A DNA stretch of 62,798 nt, the filler included, from Chiloscyllium plagiosum (lineage: Eukaryota): assembly GCF_004010195.1 (NCBI RefSeq). It is 5 parts of one record of this genome, joined end to end, with 100 filler letters (N's around TTAATTAATTAA, not from the genome) between each part and the next. Parts side by side here need not be neighbours in the genome. Positions count along the whole stretch, not along the records: positions 5,812 to 18,285 come from NC_057716.1; positions 18,386 to 28,664 come from NC_057716.1; 3 more parts are not named here. The stretch is one strand, 5' to 3'. The notes beneath the pieces were generated by a model. That model worked only from the letters and a program-made list of their open reading frames with translations. It made no database searches and was not told where the DNA came from. Shown here in pieces: positions 12,028 through 23,639 of this stretch. A program made the translations under genes and the position numbers. The number at the start of each line of letters is the position of its first letter. The stretch's first letter is position 1.

Positions 12028-12220
12028 TGTAACAAGTTAAGCCAGGTGGATCTCATAGAATATGAGTTCCCTGATTGGGGCTGTTAACCTGGTCCACTCA
12101 GCATGTACTGGCTGACAGATGTAAACAGGAGTGTTGGGGTTCTGCTCACCCTTGGAGCTGATTCTGAGCTAGCTGGGTCAGTGTCCTGTACTCTGCACAT
12201 GTAAATAAAGGGACTTGTGG
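12028..12220 (+). mobile_element. LTR fragment (solo-LTR-like)
   Basis: TGTAACA start, TATA-like TAAACAGGAG, AATAAA; homologous to 28133-28266 (minus), which ends in ...TTTCA. Confidence 0.55.
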
Positions 12221-14253
12221 CTAATCAGAGGTCAGTAACTTTTCATCAGCAGTCCTATGTGGAAATGATGCCTGGTGCTGGAACGATACCCATCATCTAT
12301 CCACTTAACAGCCTCAATTGGCAGAAGGCAGGAAGGTTATCAGCAAGTTTTCCCACCCTTATTTGATCAGGGTAGAGATTGAAAGGGAGCAGGTTGCTCA
12401 GCCATCACCTTATAAACATGTCACTGAAGCAGGTAGAACACTATTTCCATCCAATTTTGCGAACAAAGGAAAAATGAAGAAATAGATGATAAATTCTAAG
12501 AGCAGCTCTTTTCATTGTCATGTTTAGCAGAATCCAATACTGAGAACAATTTTTTTCCTTTCAATCTCCTTTCAATATATCTTTTCAAACAAGTCATTGT
12601 TTAAAATTAAATTGTTGCAGAGCAGTTTCAGAATAAAAAAGTTGCAAAAGGATGAAATATTAGTTACTTCTTTTTTGGAAATCTTGTTATGATTCTTCAA
12701 AAAGGACAAGGTGACCTTGTTTGTGATGTTTAGTTCTTTCTACCCACTCCCATAAGTTCTTCTTTCACCTAATTGTTTTCCTGGAAATGCATTGAATTGA
12801 AAAATGCAGTCAGTCTTTTCAAAGGAAAATAAGGAAAACTGAAGGGCTAATCAATTTGAATGGCTCTCCTATCTATCTTCCCCGTCACTTACAGACCCCG
12901 TGTCAGAGGTAAAATTGCCAGTTTAGCCAGGAATCGATAGGTGATAAAGGTATCCTTTTGCATTACTCCTGACACTAATCCATTTTCACTCAAACTGAGT
13001 TGGTGCAAGTGCCTTTCTCAGCAATTTCTCTGAAGAATCAGCTTTTTTTTCCTCCATATAACACAAAACATCAAATATTAGCAGCTTTTCACTGAATTGC
13101 TTCTTCGGACAGTCCTATAAGGACTAATCATCCTTCAAAAATACTCTCAGTTGGCTATTTTAATTATGGTTTTATTTCAAGCACGTTAACATTTAGTTAC
13201 TGTTTTTGCTGATAGGAAGATGGAGTCTTTTTATCTCTGGTAGATATTGATAGATATCCTCACATACATTTGACTGTAAAGCAGCAATCTTTTAAAAAAA
13301 ACTGTATTGTGGTCAACAACAAAAACACATTTTTCAGCAGTTGCCCACTCCACCACATGCCTAATTATTCAGAATTTCTCATTCTGTGTGCACTTCACAA
13401 TATGAATTATTCACTATTCCATTACAGAATTGACTCTCTTCCAAACAAGCTTTGCCTATTTTCACTATTAAAGTAGACATTGAGACATTAATACTTTTTG
13501 GGTCACCAGAAAAATATAGAAATATGGATGAAAGATGGACCTGCCAGCTGCAATAATCAATGATATCTCAGTTGATTAATTTATTTACTCTCTGAAGTGC
13601 TATTTGTTGTATTGTTTCTCGTTGAGCATTTTACATTTTAGACTCTCAGTGTCTTGTTTTTTTTTCATGACCAGCAGATGCTTGTCATCCTTCACCTGTA
13701 ATTCTCTTTGCCTGTCTATGCACGTTGTCAAAACTGTAAACCTGTCAAATTCTCATAGCCCAGGAGCAGTGGGGTATTTTTCTTCCCTGTCACTTATTGC
13801 TGTTCTCACTTGCCTCAAGTGCAAGAAGGTGGTATGTGAAAAGAACCTATTCCTCAAAGCTGTCACATCCTGTAGAGAAAAGATAAGAATCATTCAAAAG
13901 CAATTTTCCGTACTTTTCTCAATTGTAGCAAGGAGACAGAGATGCGCAACATACTGCTGGGAAAAATCAGGGCGTGCGACAATGAGTTTTAATGGCTTTG
14001 TGAAATCTTTTTTAAGCTTGTTCATAAGATTTGAAATGAAGGGCTGAATTTTTACATTGCAGACTCACTTGCTTTGTGGTTGGCAGGGTTGGTGGGTGGG
14101 GGGAGATGCAAGTGTTGCTAATGGCAATATGGGAACATGATTTTTTTGTAGCCTTGGCTTTGCTGCAGCTGGTTAACTCAGCTACAACAATAGCATTGCA
14201 CTTCATTGTTTCCTGACCAGTCACAGACAACGCCCACTTAGTTGGAGTTCTAC

Positions 14254-14490
14254 TGGGGCAGTCAGTTAGTTTAGTTGGCTGGATGGCTAATTTGCAATGC
14301 AGCGTGTCGTCAACTTCAAATCCACAATGGTGTGACTTCAATTCCCACACTAGCTAATGTCACCATGAGGATCCTGCCTTCTCAACCTCACTCCCTCCTT
14401 GAGATGTGGTGACTTCAGTTTAAACTCAGCATCATTTGTCTGTCTCTAGTGAAAAAGTAGCCCGGTGGTCCTCTGGGAATACGGTGACTT
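14254..14490 (+). mobile_element. Diverged tRNA-derived SINE
   Basis: A-box-like TAGTTTAGTTGG and B-box-like ACTTCAATTCC; body resembles a shark SINE I recall. Confidence 0.5.
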
Positions 14491-14599
14491 TATCTAGTTA
14501 AAGTACTCCCTGCTAGGGTTCAGAATGGCAATATTCTCCATAGATTTCAGAAAATTGCAGTAGATGTGTGAAGACTGGCCTCCCCCTAATCCTAGACTT

Positions 14600-14805
14600 C
14601 TGGTTCTTGATGTCATTGGAGGTCCTGCTGCAGACGATGACTGCCTGAAATAAATGCTGTTTCCTGAAGATAGAAAGAAGACAGGTCAAGCAGGCATGGA
14701 TGGAAGTGGTAGCAGTAATTGAGGCAGTGATAGCAGACATTGGTCCCTTGAACTAGATTTAATGCACCAAATGGTTCAATGATCTCATGAGTGAAGGTGA
14801 GTGAC
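14600..14805 (+). mobile_element. Harbinger Myb/SANT-like DNA-binding ORF relic
   Basis: SLEVLLQ...LFPEDRKK...KQAWMEV...CTKWFNDLM across frameshifts, followed by a GGTGAGT donor-like site. Confidence 0.65.
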
Positions 14806-17800
14806 ATCCCACTTTCTTTGACAATCACCAAACTCTGACTTCCACAATATTCCTCAATATTTCCCTCCTCAGGATTCCTTAAACCACCATCTCTTGCAGC
14901 TCCCCTTACTTTTTTCTCTATACCCACATCTGAATGGCCGACATTCTCACTCAACCTCATCTTATCAAGATCTCACACCTACTCCTTCACTGTCAACAAA
15001 TGATATCAGTTCAGGCAATGGCCTAGTGGTATTATAGCTGGACTGTTAATCCAGAGACCCAGATAACGTTCTGGGGACCTGGATTTGAATCCTGCCATGG
15101 CAGATGGTGGAATTTGAATTCAATTAAAAAAATGTCTGGAAATAAGAACTGACTGATGACCATGAAATCACTGCCAATTGTCAGAAAAGAACCCATCTGG
15201 TTCACTGACATCCTTCAGGGAACAAAATCTATCATTCTCATCGGTCTGGCCTACGTATGACTTCAGACCCATAGTGATGTGGTTGACTCTCAATTGCCCT
15301 CTAAAATGGCCTAGCAAGCCATTCAGTTGTACCAATCACTACAAAGTCTAAAAAAAAAATCAAATTAGACGCATCACCTTGCATTGACCTAGACACCGGA
15401 AAAGACAATAGCAGAAACGGCCATTGCAAAGTCCTTCTTGCTGACATCTGAGGGCAAGTGCCAAAGTTGGAAGAGCTGCCTCACAGGCTAGTCAAGCAGC
15501 AGCCTGACATTGTCTGTAAGATCTGATTCCATGAATATGGCTAAGTCCCAGACACCACCATCACCATCCCTGCATATGTCCTGTCCCATCAGCAGGACAG
15601 ACCCAACAGAGGAGACGGCATAGTGGTATACAGTTGGGATGGAGTTGTCCTGGGAGTCCTCAGCATTGACTCTGGACCCCATGAAGTCTCATGGCTTCAG
15701 TTTAAACATTGGCAAGGAAACCGACTGCTGATTACCATGTACCGTCCTCTTTCGGCTGATGAATCAGTACTCTTCTATGTTAAACAGCACTTAGAGGAAG
15801 TACTGAAAATGACAGGGCCGCAGAAGGTACTCGGGGTGAGGGGTTCAATGTCCACCAGCAAGAGTGGCATGGTAGCAGTACTACAGATCCTAAAGGACAT
15901 AACTACTTGACTGGGTCTGCAGCAAGTGCTGAGGGAACCAACAAGAGGCAAAAACATGTTTGACCTCACCCTTACCAATCTGCCAGCTGCAGATGTATCT
16001 GTCCATGACAGTATCGGTAAGAGTGACCAAGAGCTCATGGAGAGAAGTCCTGCTTTCACATTGAGAATAACCTCCATTGTGTTGTGTGACAGTATCACCG
16101 TGCTAAACGGGACAGACTTCGAACAGATCTAGCAACTTAAGACTGGGCATCCATGAGGTGCTGTGGGTATCAATAACAGCAGAACTGTACTCCAGCACAA
16201 TTTGTAACCTCATGGCCAGGCATATCCCACACTCAACCATTACCATCAAGTTCAGGAATCAACCCTGAATGGAGAGTGCAGGAGGGAATGCAAGGACCAG
16301 CACCAGGCATACCTGAAAATGAGGTGTCAACCCGGTGAAGCCATCAAATGGGATTACTTGCATGCCAAACAACATAAGTAGCAAGTGATAGACAGAGCTA
16401 AGCGATCCCAACAGATCAGATCTCAGCTCTGCAGTCCTGCTACACCCAGTCGTAAATGGTGGTGGATGATTGAACAACTCACCAGAGGAGGAGGCTCCAC
16501 AAATATCCCCATCCTCAATTATGGAAGAGCCAAGCACATCAGTGCGAAAGGTAAAGCTGAAGTTTTTGCAGCAATCTTCAGCCAAACGTGCTGAGTGGAT
16601 GATCTACCTCAACCTCCTCCAGTGGTTCCCAGCATCACAGATACCAGTCTTCAACCAATTTGATTCATTCCACATGATATAAGAAATGGTTGGAGACACT
16701 GGATATTGTAAAGCCTATGGGCCCTGATAACATTCCAACAATAGTATTGAAAACCTGTGCTAAAGACCTTGCCGCTCCCCTAGCCAAGCTGTTCCATTAC
16801 AGTTACAACACTGGCATCTACCGGACAATGTGGAAAATCGCCCAGTAATGTCCTGTACATTAAAAGCAGGACAAATCCAGCCCGGCCAATTAGCGCCTCA
16901 TCAGTCTACTCTCGATCATCAGTAAGGTGATGGAAGATGTCATCAACAGTGCTATCAAGCAGCACCTGCTCAGCAATAACCTGCTCAGTGATGCCAACGT
17001 TGGGTCCTGCCAGGGCCATTCAGCTCCTGACCTCATTTGGGTCAAACATGGACAAAAAAGCTGAATTCCAGAGATGAGGTGAAGAGTGACAGCCTTTGAC
17101 ATCAAGGAGCCTAGCAAAACTGGAATCAATGGGAATCCGGGAAATTCTTCAGTGGTTGATGTCATACCAGACACATTGGAAGATGGTTGTGACTGTTGGA
17201 GGTCAGTCATCTCAGCTCCAGGACATCTCCTCAAGGTAGTGTCCTAGGCCTAACCATCTTCAATAATGACCTTGTCTCCATCGTGGAGTCAGAATTGGGA
17301 ATTTTCATTGATTATTGCACAATGTTCGGCATCATTCGCTACTCCTCAGATACTGAAGCAGTCCATGTCCAAATACAATAAGATCTGGACACTATTCAGG
17401 CTTGGGATGACAAGTGGCAAGTAGCAATCGTGCCACACAAATGTCAGGCTATGACTAACAAGAGACAATCTAACCACCACCCCCTTGGCATTTAGTGGTG
17501 TTACCATCACTGAATCCCCCACTGTCAGCATCCTGGGAGTTATCATTGATCAGAAACTCAACTGGACTCACCACATAAACACAACAGTTACAACTGCAGG
17601 TCAAAGGCTAGGAATAGGGCAGCGAGGAATGCACCTTGTGACTCCCCACAGCCTGTCCACCATCTACAAGGCAAAAGTCAGGAGTTTGATAGAATACTCC
17701 CCACTTGCCTGGATGAATGCAGCCTCAACAACACTCAAGAACCTTGACACCATCGAGGACAAAGCAGCCTGCTTGATTGGCATTGCATTCACAAGCTTCC

Positions 17801-17991
17801 ACTCCCTCTACCAACTAAACCCAGTGTGTACTGTCTACGAGATGCACTGCAGAAATTCACCAAAGATAAACGTACAATCACTTCCATCTAGAAGGACAAG
17901 GGCAGCAGGTATATGGAAACACCACCACCTTCAAGTTCCCCTGCAAGCCACTCATCACCATGACCTGGAAATATATCACCGTTCCTTCATT

Positions 17992-19375
17992 AGAACATAG
18001 TACATAGAAAAATACAGCGCAGTACAGGCCCTTTGGCCCTTCATGTTGCGCCGATCCAAGCCCACCTAACCTACACTACCCCACTATCCTTCATATGCCT
18101 ATCCAATGCCCGTTTAAATGCCCATAAAGAGGGAAAGTCCACCACTGCTACTGGCAGGGCATTCCATGAACTCACGACTCGCTGAGTAAAGAATCTACCC
18201 CTAACATCTGTCCTCTACCTACCACCCCTTAATTTAAAGCTATGCCCCCTCGTAATAGCTGACCCCATACGTGGAAAAAGGTTCTNNNNNNNNNNNNNNN
18301 NNNNNNNNNNNNNNNNNNNNNNNNNNNNNTTAATTAATTAANNNNNNNNNNNNNNNNNNNNNNNNNNNNNNNNNNNNNNNNNNNNTCCTACCTATGTCTT
18401 TGGTGCCAATGTGGACCACGACTTCGGGCTGCTCCCCCTCCCCCTTAAGGACCCGGAAAACACGATCAGAGATGTCACGTACCCTTGCACCTGGGAGGCA
18501 ACATACCAAACGTGAGTCTCTCTCGCCCCCACAAAACCGCCTATCTGTGCCCCGAACTATCGAGTCCCCAATAACTATTGCTCTGCTCTTCTCCACCCTT
18601 CCCTTCTGAGCAATGGGCACAGGCTCCGTGCCTGAGGCCTGAACCCCATTGCTTACCCCGGTAAGTCGTCCCCCCCACAAGTATCCAAAACGGTATACTT
18701 GTTCTTGAGGGGAACAGCCGCAGGGCGTCCCTGCACTGGCTGCTTCCTCCCAGTCCCCCTCACTGTCACCCATCTGTCTGCCATCTTTGGAGTTACTACT
18801 TCCCTAAAGCTCCGATCTATGACCCCCTCTGCCTCCCGAATGATCCGAAGTTCATCCAACGCCAGCTTCAGTTCCCTAAGACGGACTTGGAGGAGCTGGA
18901 GATGGGTGCACTTCCTGCAAGTGCCACGCACGTCCATGGCATCCCTCACCTCAAACATGTTGCAAGAGGAACATTGCACTGCCTTCACTGCCATCCCTCT
19001 AAAGCTAACTTTTAAAAAAAAACTGGGTCTAAAGAATACAACAAGCAAAATGCAGCACTTACCTAACTTACCACAACGGGTCTTATTATTAGGTTAGAGG
19101 AGGAGGGCGGGTGGGAGACACTACCTCTGTCGTGCCTTGGGTTCCTCTCCTGCACGCTTTTATAGGGAAAAAAAAACCTACCCAGGTAAGCTTGCGCTAC
19201 ACCAGCTTCCGGGTCCCGGCTGCCCCTCTGGTCGTTGTCACTTCCCCCTGCTGCTCCCGCTCTTTCTGTGAAGAGAAAAAAAACACCGCTGCCCGTTACC
19301 GGTAAGTAATTTTAAAACAAACTGTCTTACCTTAGCTGTAGCCTTCTGGGTTCGTTTAAACTCAGCTGCTGCTCG
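17992..19375 (-). mobile_element. Young CR1 LINE nested in the LINE above (5'UTR, ORF1, gap, 3' end)
   Basis: 3' tail (TTCTATG)-like at 17992-18010; ORF1 upstream of the gap; 4-bp TSD CATT at 17988-17991 and 19376-19379; host sequence resumes in register. Confidence 0.85.
18386..18994 (-). pseudogene. CR1 ORF1 (zinc finger/leucine zipper plus SGNH esterase), one frameshift
   Basis: MAVKAVQCSSCNMFEV...CRKC...LRELKLALDEL, then IVIGDSIVRGTDRRFCG...VCCLPGA...VVHIGTKD. Confidence 0.88.
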
Positions 19376-20599
19376 CATTGTGGCTGGGTCAACCCATATA
19401 GCAGGTGGATACAGTAGTTCAAGAAGGAAGCTCACCACCACTTTCTCAAGGGCAATTAGGAATGGGCAATAAATACTGACCAGCCAGCAAATGAATGGAA
19501 GTGCTTGTGTGCGGGGGTGGGGGTGGGGGTGTGGGGTGGGTGCATAGGAGAGCATAATCCTCCATTGTTCACTGCTCTGACCACTGCAAAGGAGGTGCAC
19601 TGAAGATCACCAAGTGGCAGAGTCCATGTCCATGGGGATAGATAGGAAACTCCCAGATACCTGCTGTCAGAATTGGATATTACACAGCCCCATGACACCT
19701 AAAGAATATTAATATTGACTTGCTTTTGCCACAAAGTGAAACGTAATTATATTAAGTTTCATGCCAACACTGTTGATATCTTGTAACTGTTGGTTTCTGC
19801 TGGAACCATCTAGGATGCCTTGGGTAGACTGAAAGTCACCAATCCTTCTTGTGGGTATCAGTTTAAGAAACTAATACTATGTGGAGAAGGATGCCCACAT
19901 AAACTCCTCAGGAGAAGGTAAGCTCTTTTGGATGACCATTAAACAGTCTTATTACACATTACTTAGTAGCTAATTATATTACACCTGAGATACATGGTTA
20001 CTTCCAATCTCACAAGAAACAATTAGGCTTAATTTAAGATTAAGTGCATATTGCTATTTTAATTAAGGTGTTATTAACATGGTGAACAATTACTGAAGCA
20101 CTATATAACCTCTGGCGAATACATAACTCATAAGGTTCACACGCACAACTCTGGTTAGTTTGTCCCAGGGATAGTCCTTTATAATGGGATTCATAGAGCT
20201 TATGTTTTGATGTCAGTTCACATTTTCAGATACTAACTGCCTTTTACAACAATGATCATCTGCACAATGCTGACATATTTTTGATTGTCCCCTTCGCTCT
20301 TTGCAATTCACTGTTTTCTTCAATCAAAGGCTCACACGAGACTCAAAAGTGGGCAAGAGATTTTAACATCAGGATACACAAAGGAAGCATGATCACATGA
20401 TGTCTGCACACCTTCACCAGCTCAAGTATATGAATCTCAGTGCAGACTCCATGGCAGATAGATAAGTTGTCATGAATTAAGTGTACATCGCAGGTAAACA
20501 AAAACAATTGACAGAGACATGAGTGGGCATTTCCTGTTGGTGGGTGATGAACACCAAGTTCAATTGCAAATGAATGCTGAGCCTCAGAGGTCACTGACA

Positions 20600-22460
20600 A
20601 AAGTCTATTCTGGAGCAATAATGGAAAATGTGTGTGGCCTTAAGGAAATGTTATGTATGAATAGTATGTATTCAATTTTAAGAACCAAAGTGAAACAAAT
20701 CCATTAATAAATGCATAATGTCATTAACTCAGTTTGCAGAAACCTGCAAATTCATTCAATTAAGGGATGAGCTCATTAAAGACCTGATTATATTAGACAT
20801 AAATGATCCTACTATGAGAGCATGAGAGCACACCTACTAAGAGAAGAAAAACTAACCCTCAGGTGAAAAATAGACACATGCAGAGGTGCACGTTATGAAC
20901 CACCAGCTGGAGCATACACATGGCAGAATAAACCAAGCCTTAAATTATGCCGACAGATCCTCCATGTTCAAAGCGCAGAACAATTACAAACAAAGGTGAG
21001 TGTACAAATACTTCAGAAGGGTTCATGCAAAAGAGAAAGCAAAAAGCAGTGTTAGCATTCCAAGAAGCAGAATCATCTTGCACCCAAGTCTCTAGATAAA
21101 AAACAAGTGCAATGATCAAGTATAATGGAGTGACATCAAATGAAGATCCCAACGAATCACTGTATACTATGTAACAGGTTCATGCAGTAAAGTCAAGAGG
21201 TGAGACATGTTTTTGAGACTGTTGGAGTGAGAACTGCAGAAGGAGAGTATCAGTCAACATAAAGTTTCAGATAAACACTGGTTATGCAACATCATGACCT
21301 TCATGGATCTGTGTCAAGTAAGTTGGTGATTCAAAAATTAAATACTTGAAAGTCCAGTTAAGCATGTGTAATGGCAGTACAGTTGCCAAGAGGACAGATT
21401 ATTCTGTGAGCTCATTAGAACAGCATGAATGAGGACGTGATCCAGATGATAGATAGAAAGCAAGTGCCTCTCATCTTAGTTGGAGCAAGTTGAAGTTTCG
21501 ATTGGTAACACTCAATATGCCAAAAAAGATTGGCAATTTGTCAACCATTGTCCATGGAACACATCCCAGCGGAGTACAAAGACATGTTTACATAGCTAGG
21601 ATGTCTTTCAGAAGAATATCATTTTGACGTAGGTGAGAATTTAAGACCAATTCAGCATCTACCAAGAAAAGTTCTGGCTGCCCTCAAATCTAGCCTGAAA
21701 GACAAGATGGAGGAACTAGAAAAGAAGACAGCAGTAAAGGAATTGACAACACCTACAGAGTGGATTAGCTGCATGGGAGCAGAGAAACAAACAGGAATGA
21801 TGCGAATATGCATCAACACAAAAGAACTAAATAAAAATGTGAAAAAATGTTACTGCCCCAAGAACAATCAAGGAGGCAGTGGCATCGTGGTAATGTAGTA
21901 ATCAAGAACTCCAGGCTAATTTTCAAGGAGTATGTGTTCAAACTCTCAGCATGACAGATGATGAAGTTTGAATTCAATAAAGAGAATCTGGGAAAAATAA
22001 TCTAGCCTAATAGAGACCATATAACAACTGTTGTTGTTGTAAAAACACATCTAGTTCACTAATGCTTTTTAGGAAAGGAAATCTGCAACTCTTACCTGGT
22101 CCAATCTGCACGTGACTCCAGATCCACAGTAATGTGGTTTCACTCTTAACTGCTCCCTGGGCAATTAAAGATGGGTAATAAATGTTGGCCGAGCCAGTGA
22201 CACCCACGTCTCATGAATGATTTAAAAGAAAAATCATTTGAAATGTTATCTTTTCAATGTCTTATCCGGTAATGTGTAGTTGGCTACAACTGTGAATCTA
22301 AATGGTGAGCCTTAGTGAAGTTATGGTTCAGTGTGACATCAGCGAGACAGAACCTGGAGAAACCCTAATGCAGCAAGGACAAGTAGTTACATTTGTGTCC
22401 AGGGTATTAAGACAAATGGAGTGTCACAATGCCTAGATCAAAAAAGAATTCCTTTGCTTC
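20600..22460 (+). mobile_element. Decayed Gypsy LTR-retrotransposon internal region (gag-PR-RT-RNaseH)
   Basis: gag FAETCKFIQLRDELIKDLIILDIND; protease KFQINTG; RT PRKVLAALKSSLKDKMEELEK...PTEWISCM...RICINTKELN; RNase H VQCDISET...LMQQGQVVTFVSRVL. Confidence 0.82.
21871..22225 (+). mobile_element. Older copy of the tRNA-headed bipartite SINE
   Basis: Homologous to 9824-10184; TSD AAGAA(C/A)AATCA at 21860-21870 and 22226-22236. Confidence 0.78.
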
Positions 22461-22685
22461 ATAGACTCATAGAGATGTACAACACGGAAACAGACCCTTT
22501 GGTCCAACTCATCCATGCCGATCAGATATCCTAACCATATCCAGTCCCATTTGCCAGCACGTGGTCCATAAGCCTCTAAATCCTCTCTATTCATATACCT
22601 TTTCAGATGCCTTTTAAATATATTAATTGTACCAGCTTCCACCACATCCTCTCACAGTTCATTCCATACACGCACCACCCTCTGT
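22461..22685 (-). mobile_element. CR1 LINE 3' end
   Basis: MVEAGTINIFKRHLKRYMN... and the CR1 tail. Confidence 0.88.
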
Positions 22686-23344
22686 TTCTCTGTGACAAGA
22701 TCAGTGCTGCAGCCCAGTCAGTAGGTTTAGCCAACATCATTGGCTTCCTGCAGGTGCAGGGCATTACAGATTGTAAGGTGTGTGACTTCTAGATATTTTA
22801 ATATCATTTATTTTAGGGTTTGACTTTGAACTAGTGGCATTTGGGTCTGTGTTAATGAAATGATTCAATGATTACCTTGTAAGCATTACTGTTGCCATGG
22901 TGATTTCTTTTAAAACACAACCTGAATGAAAGACTTCCTGGAGAGTAATAAGTTTCTGATTGCTTTAGGGAGTTATATGAGCAAATAGAATAAAATTAAC
23001 GGCTGCATCATCACTGCTTTTGAAGGTTCATGCCACCCATTTACAATTTATAGGTGTTGCTAAAGTGTCGCATGCCACATATAGCAGTGCTACCACGTGA
23101 TGCCACTGGAAGCCATCTTTATCACTTTGGGAGAAAAAGGATACGGTACCCATGCAGATTTCCAATTATAGTGACAAAATGTTTCTGTCCAACCAAGGAT
23201 ATCCATAGGCTTCCTTATACCTACCATTGTCCTAGACAGTGGACCGACTGGAGGAGACATCTCTAACCTCATCTCACAGATGAACACTGGCAAATGTTCA
23301 GAGAACACTGCTTCTTTCTACTTTCACTAAGTATGGGACAACTT

Positions 23345-23588
23345 CTGGGTGACTGTCTGTGTGGAGTTTACACATTCTCCCCGTGTGTGCCTGGGATTTC
23401 TCCGGGTGCTCCAGTTTCCTCCCATAGTCCAAAGATGTACAGGTCAGGTGAATTGGTCATGCTAAATTGTTAGGTGCATTGGTCAAAGGGAAATGGATCT
23501 GGGTGGTTACTTCTTCAGGGGTTGGTGTGGACTTGTTGGGCTGAAGGGCCTGTTTCTACACTGTAGGGAATCTAATCTAATCTAATCT
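23345..23588 (+). mobile_element. HE1-type V-SINE, 5'-truncated
   Basis: V-domain and (AATCT)n tail. Confidence 0.88.
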
Positions 23589-23639
23589 TAAAGGCTTTCT
23601 TGGTATTATTATATCCTGCTTAACAATAAGATTGTTACT

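Larger units (their letters stand above)
15014..19496 (+). mobile_element. Full-length CR1-group LINE (APE endonuclease plus RT, decayed) with tRNA-like 5' head
   Basis: EN N-terminus (VPKLEELPHRLVKQQPDIV) from ~15450; REPTRGKNMFDL; KWWWMIEQLT; PQGSVLG; ILGVIIDQKLNW; YKAKVRSLIEYSPLAW; tail GGCAATTAGGAATGGGCAATAAAT at 19451-19496 after a nested CR1. Confidence 0.88.

Noticed and set aside
13600..14047. 147-aa plus-strand ORF and a K/E-rich ~50-codon antisense frame (possible exon)
   Set aside because: No recognisable domain, the antisense frame is bounded by stops, and there is no convincing splice-site pair
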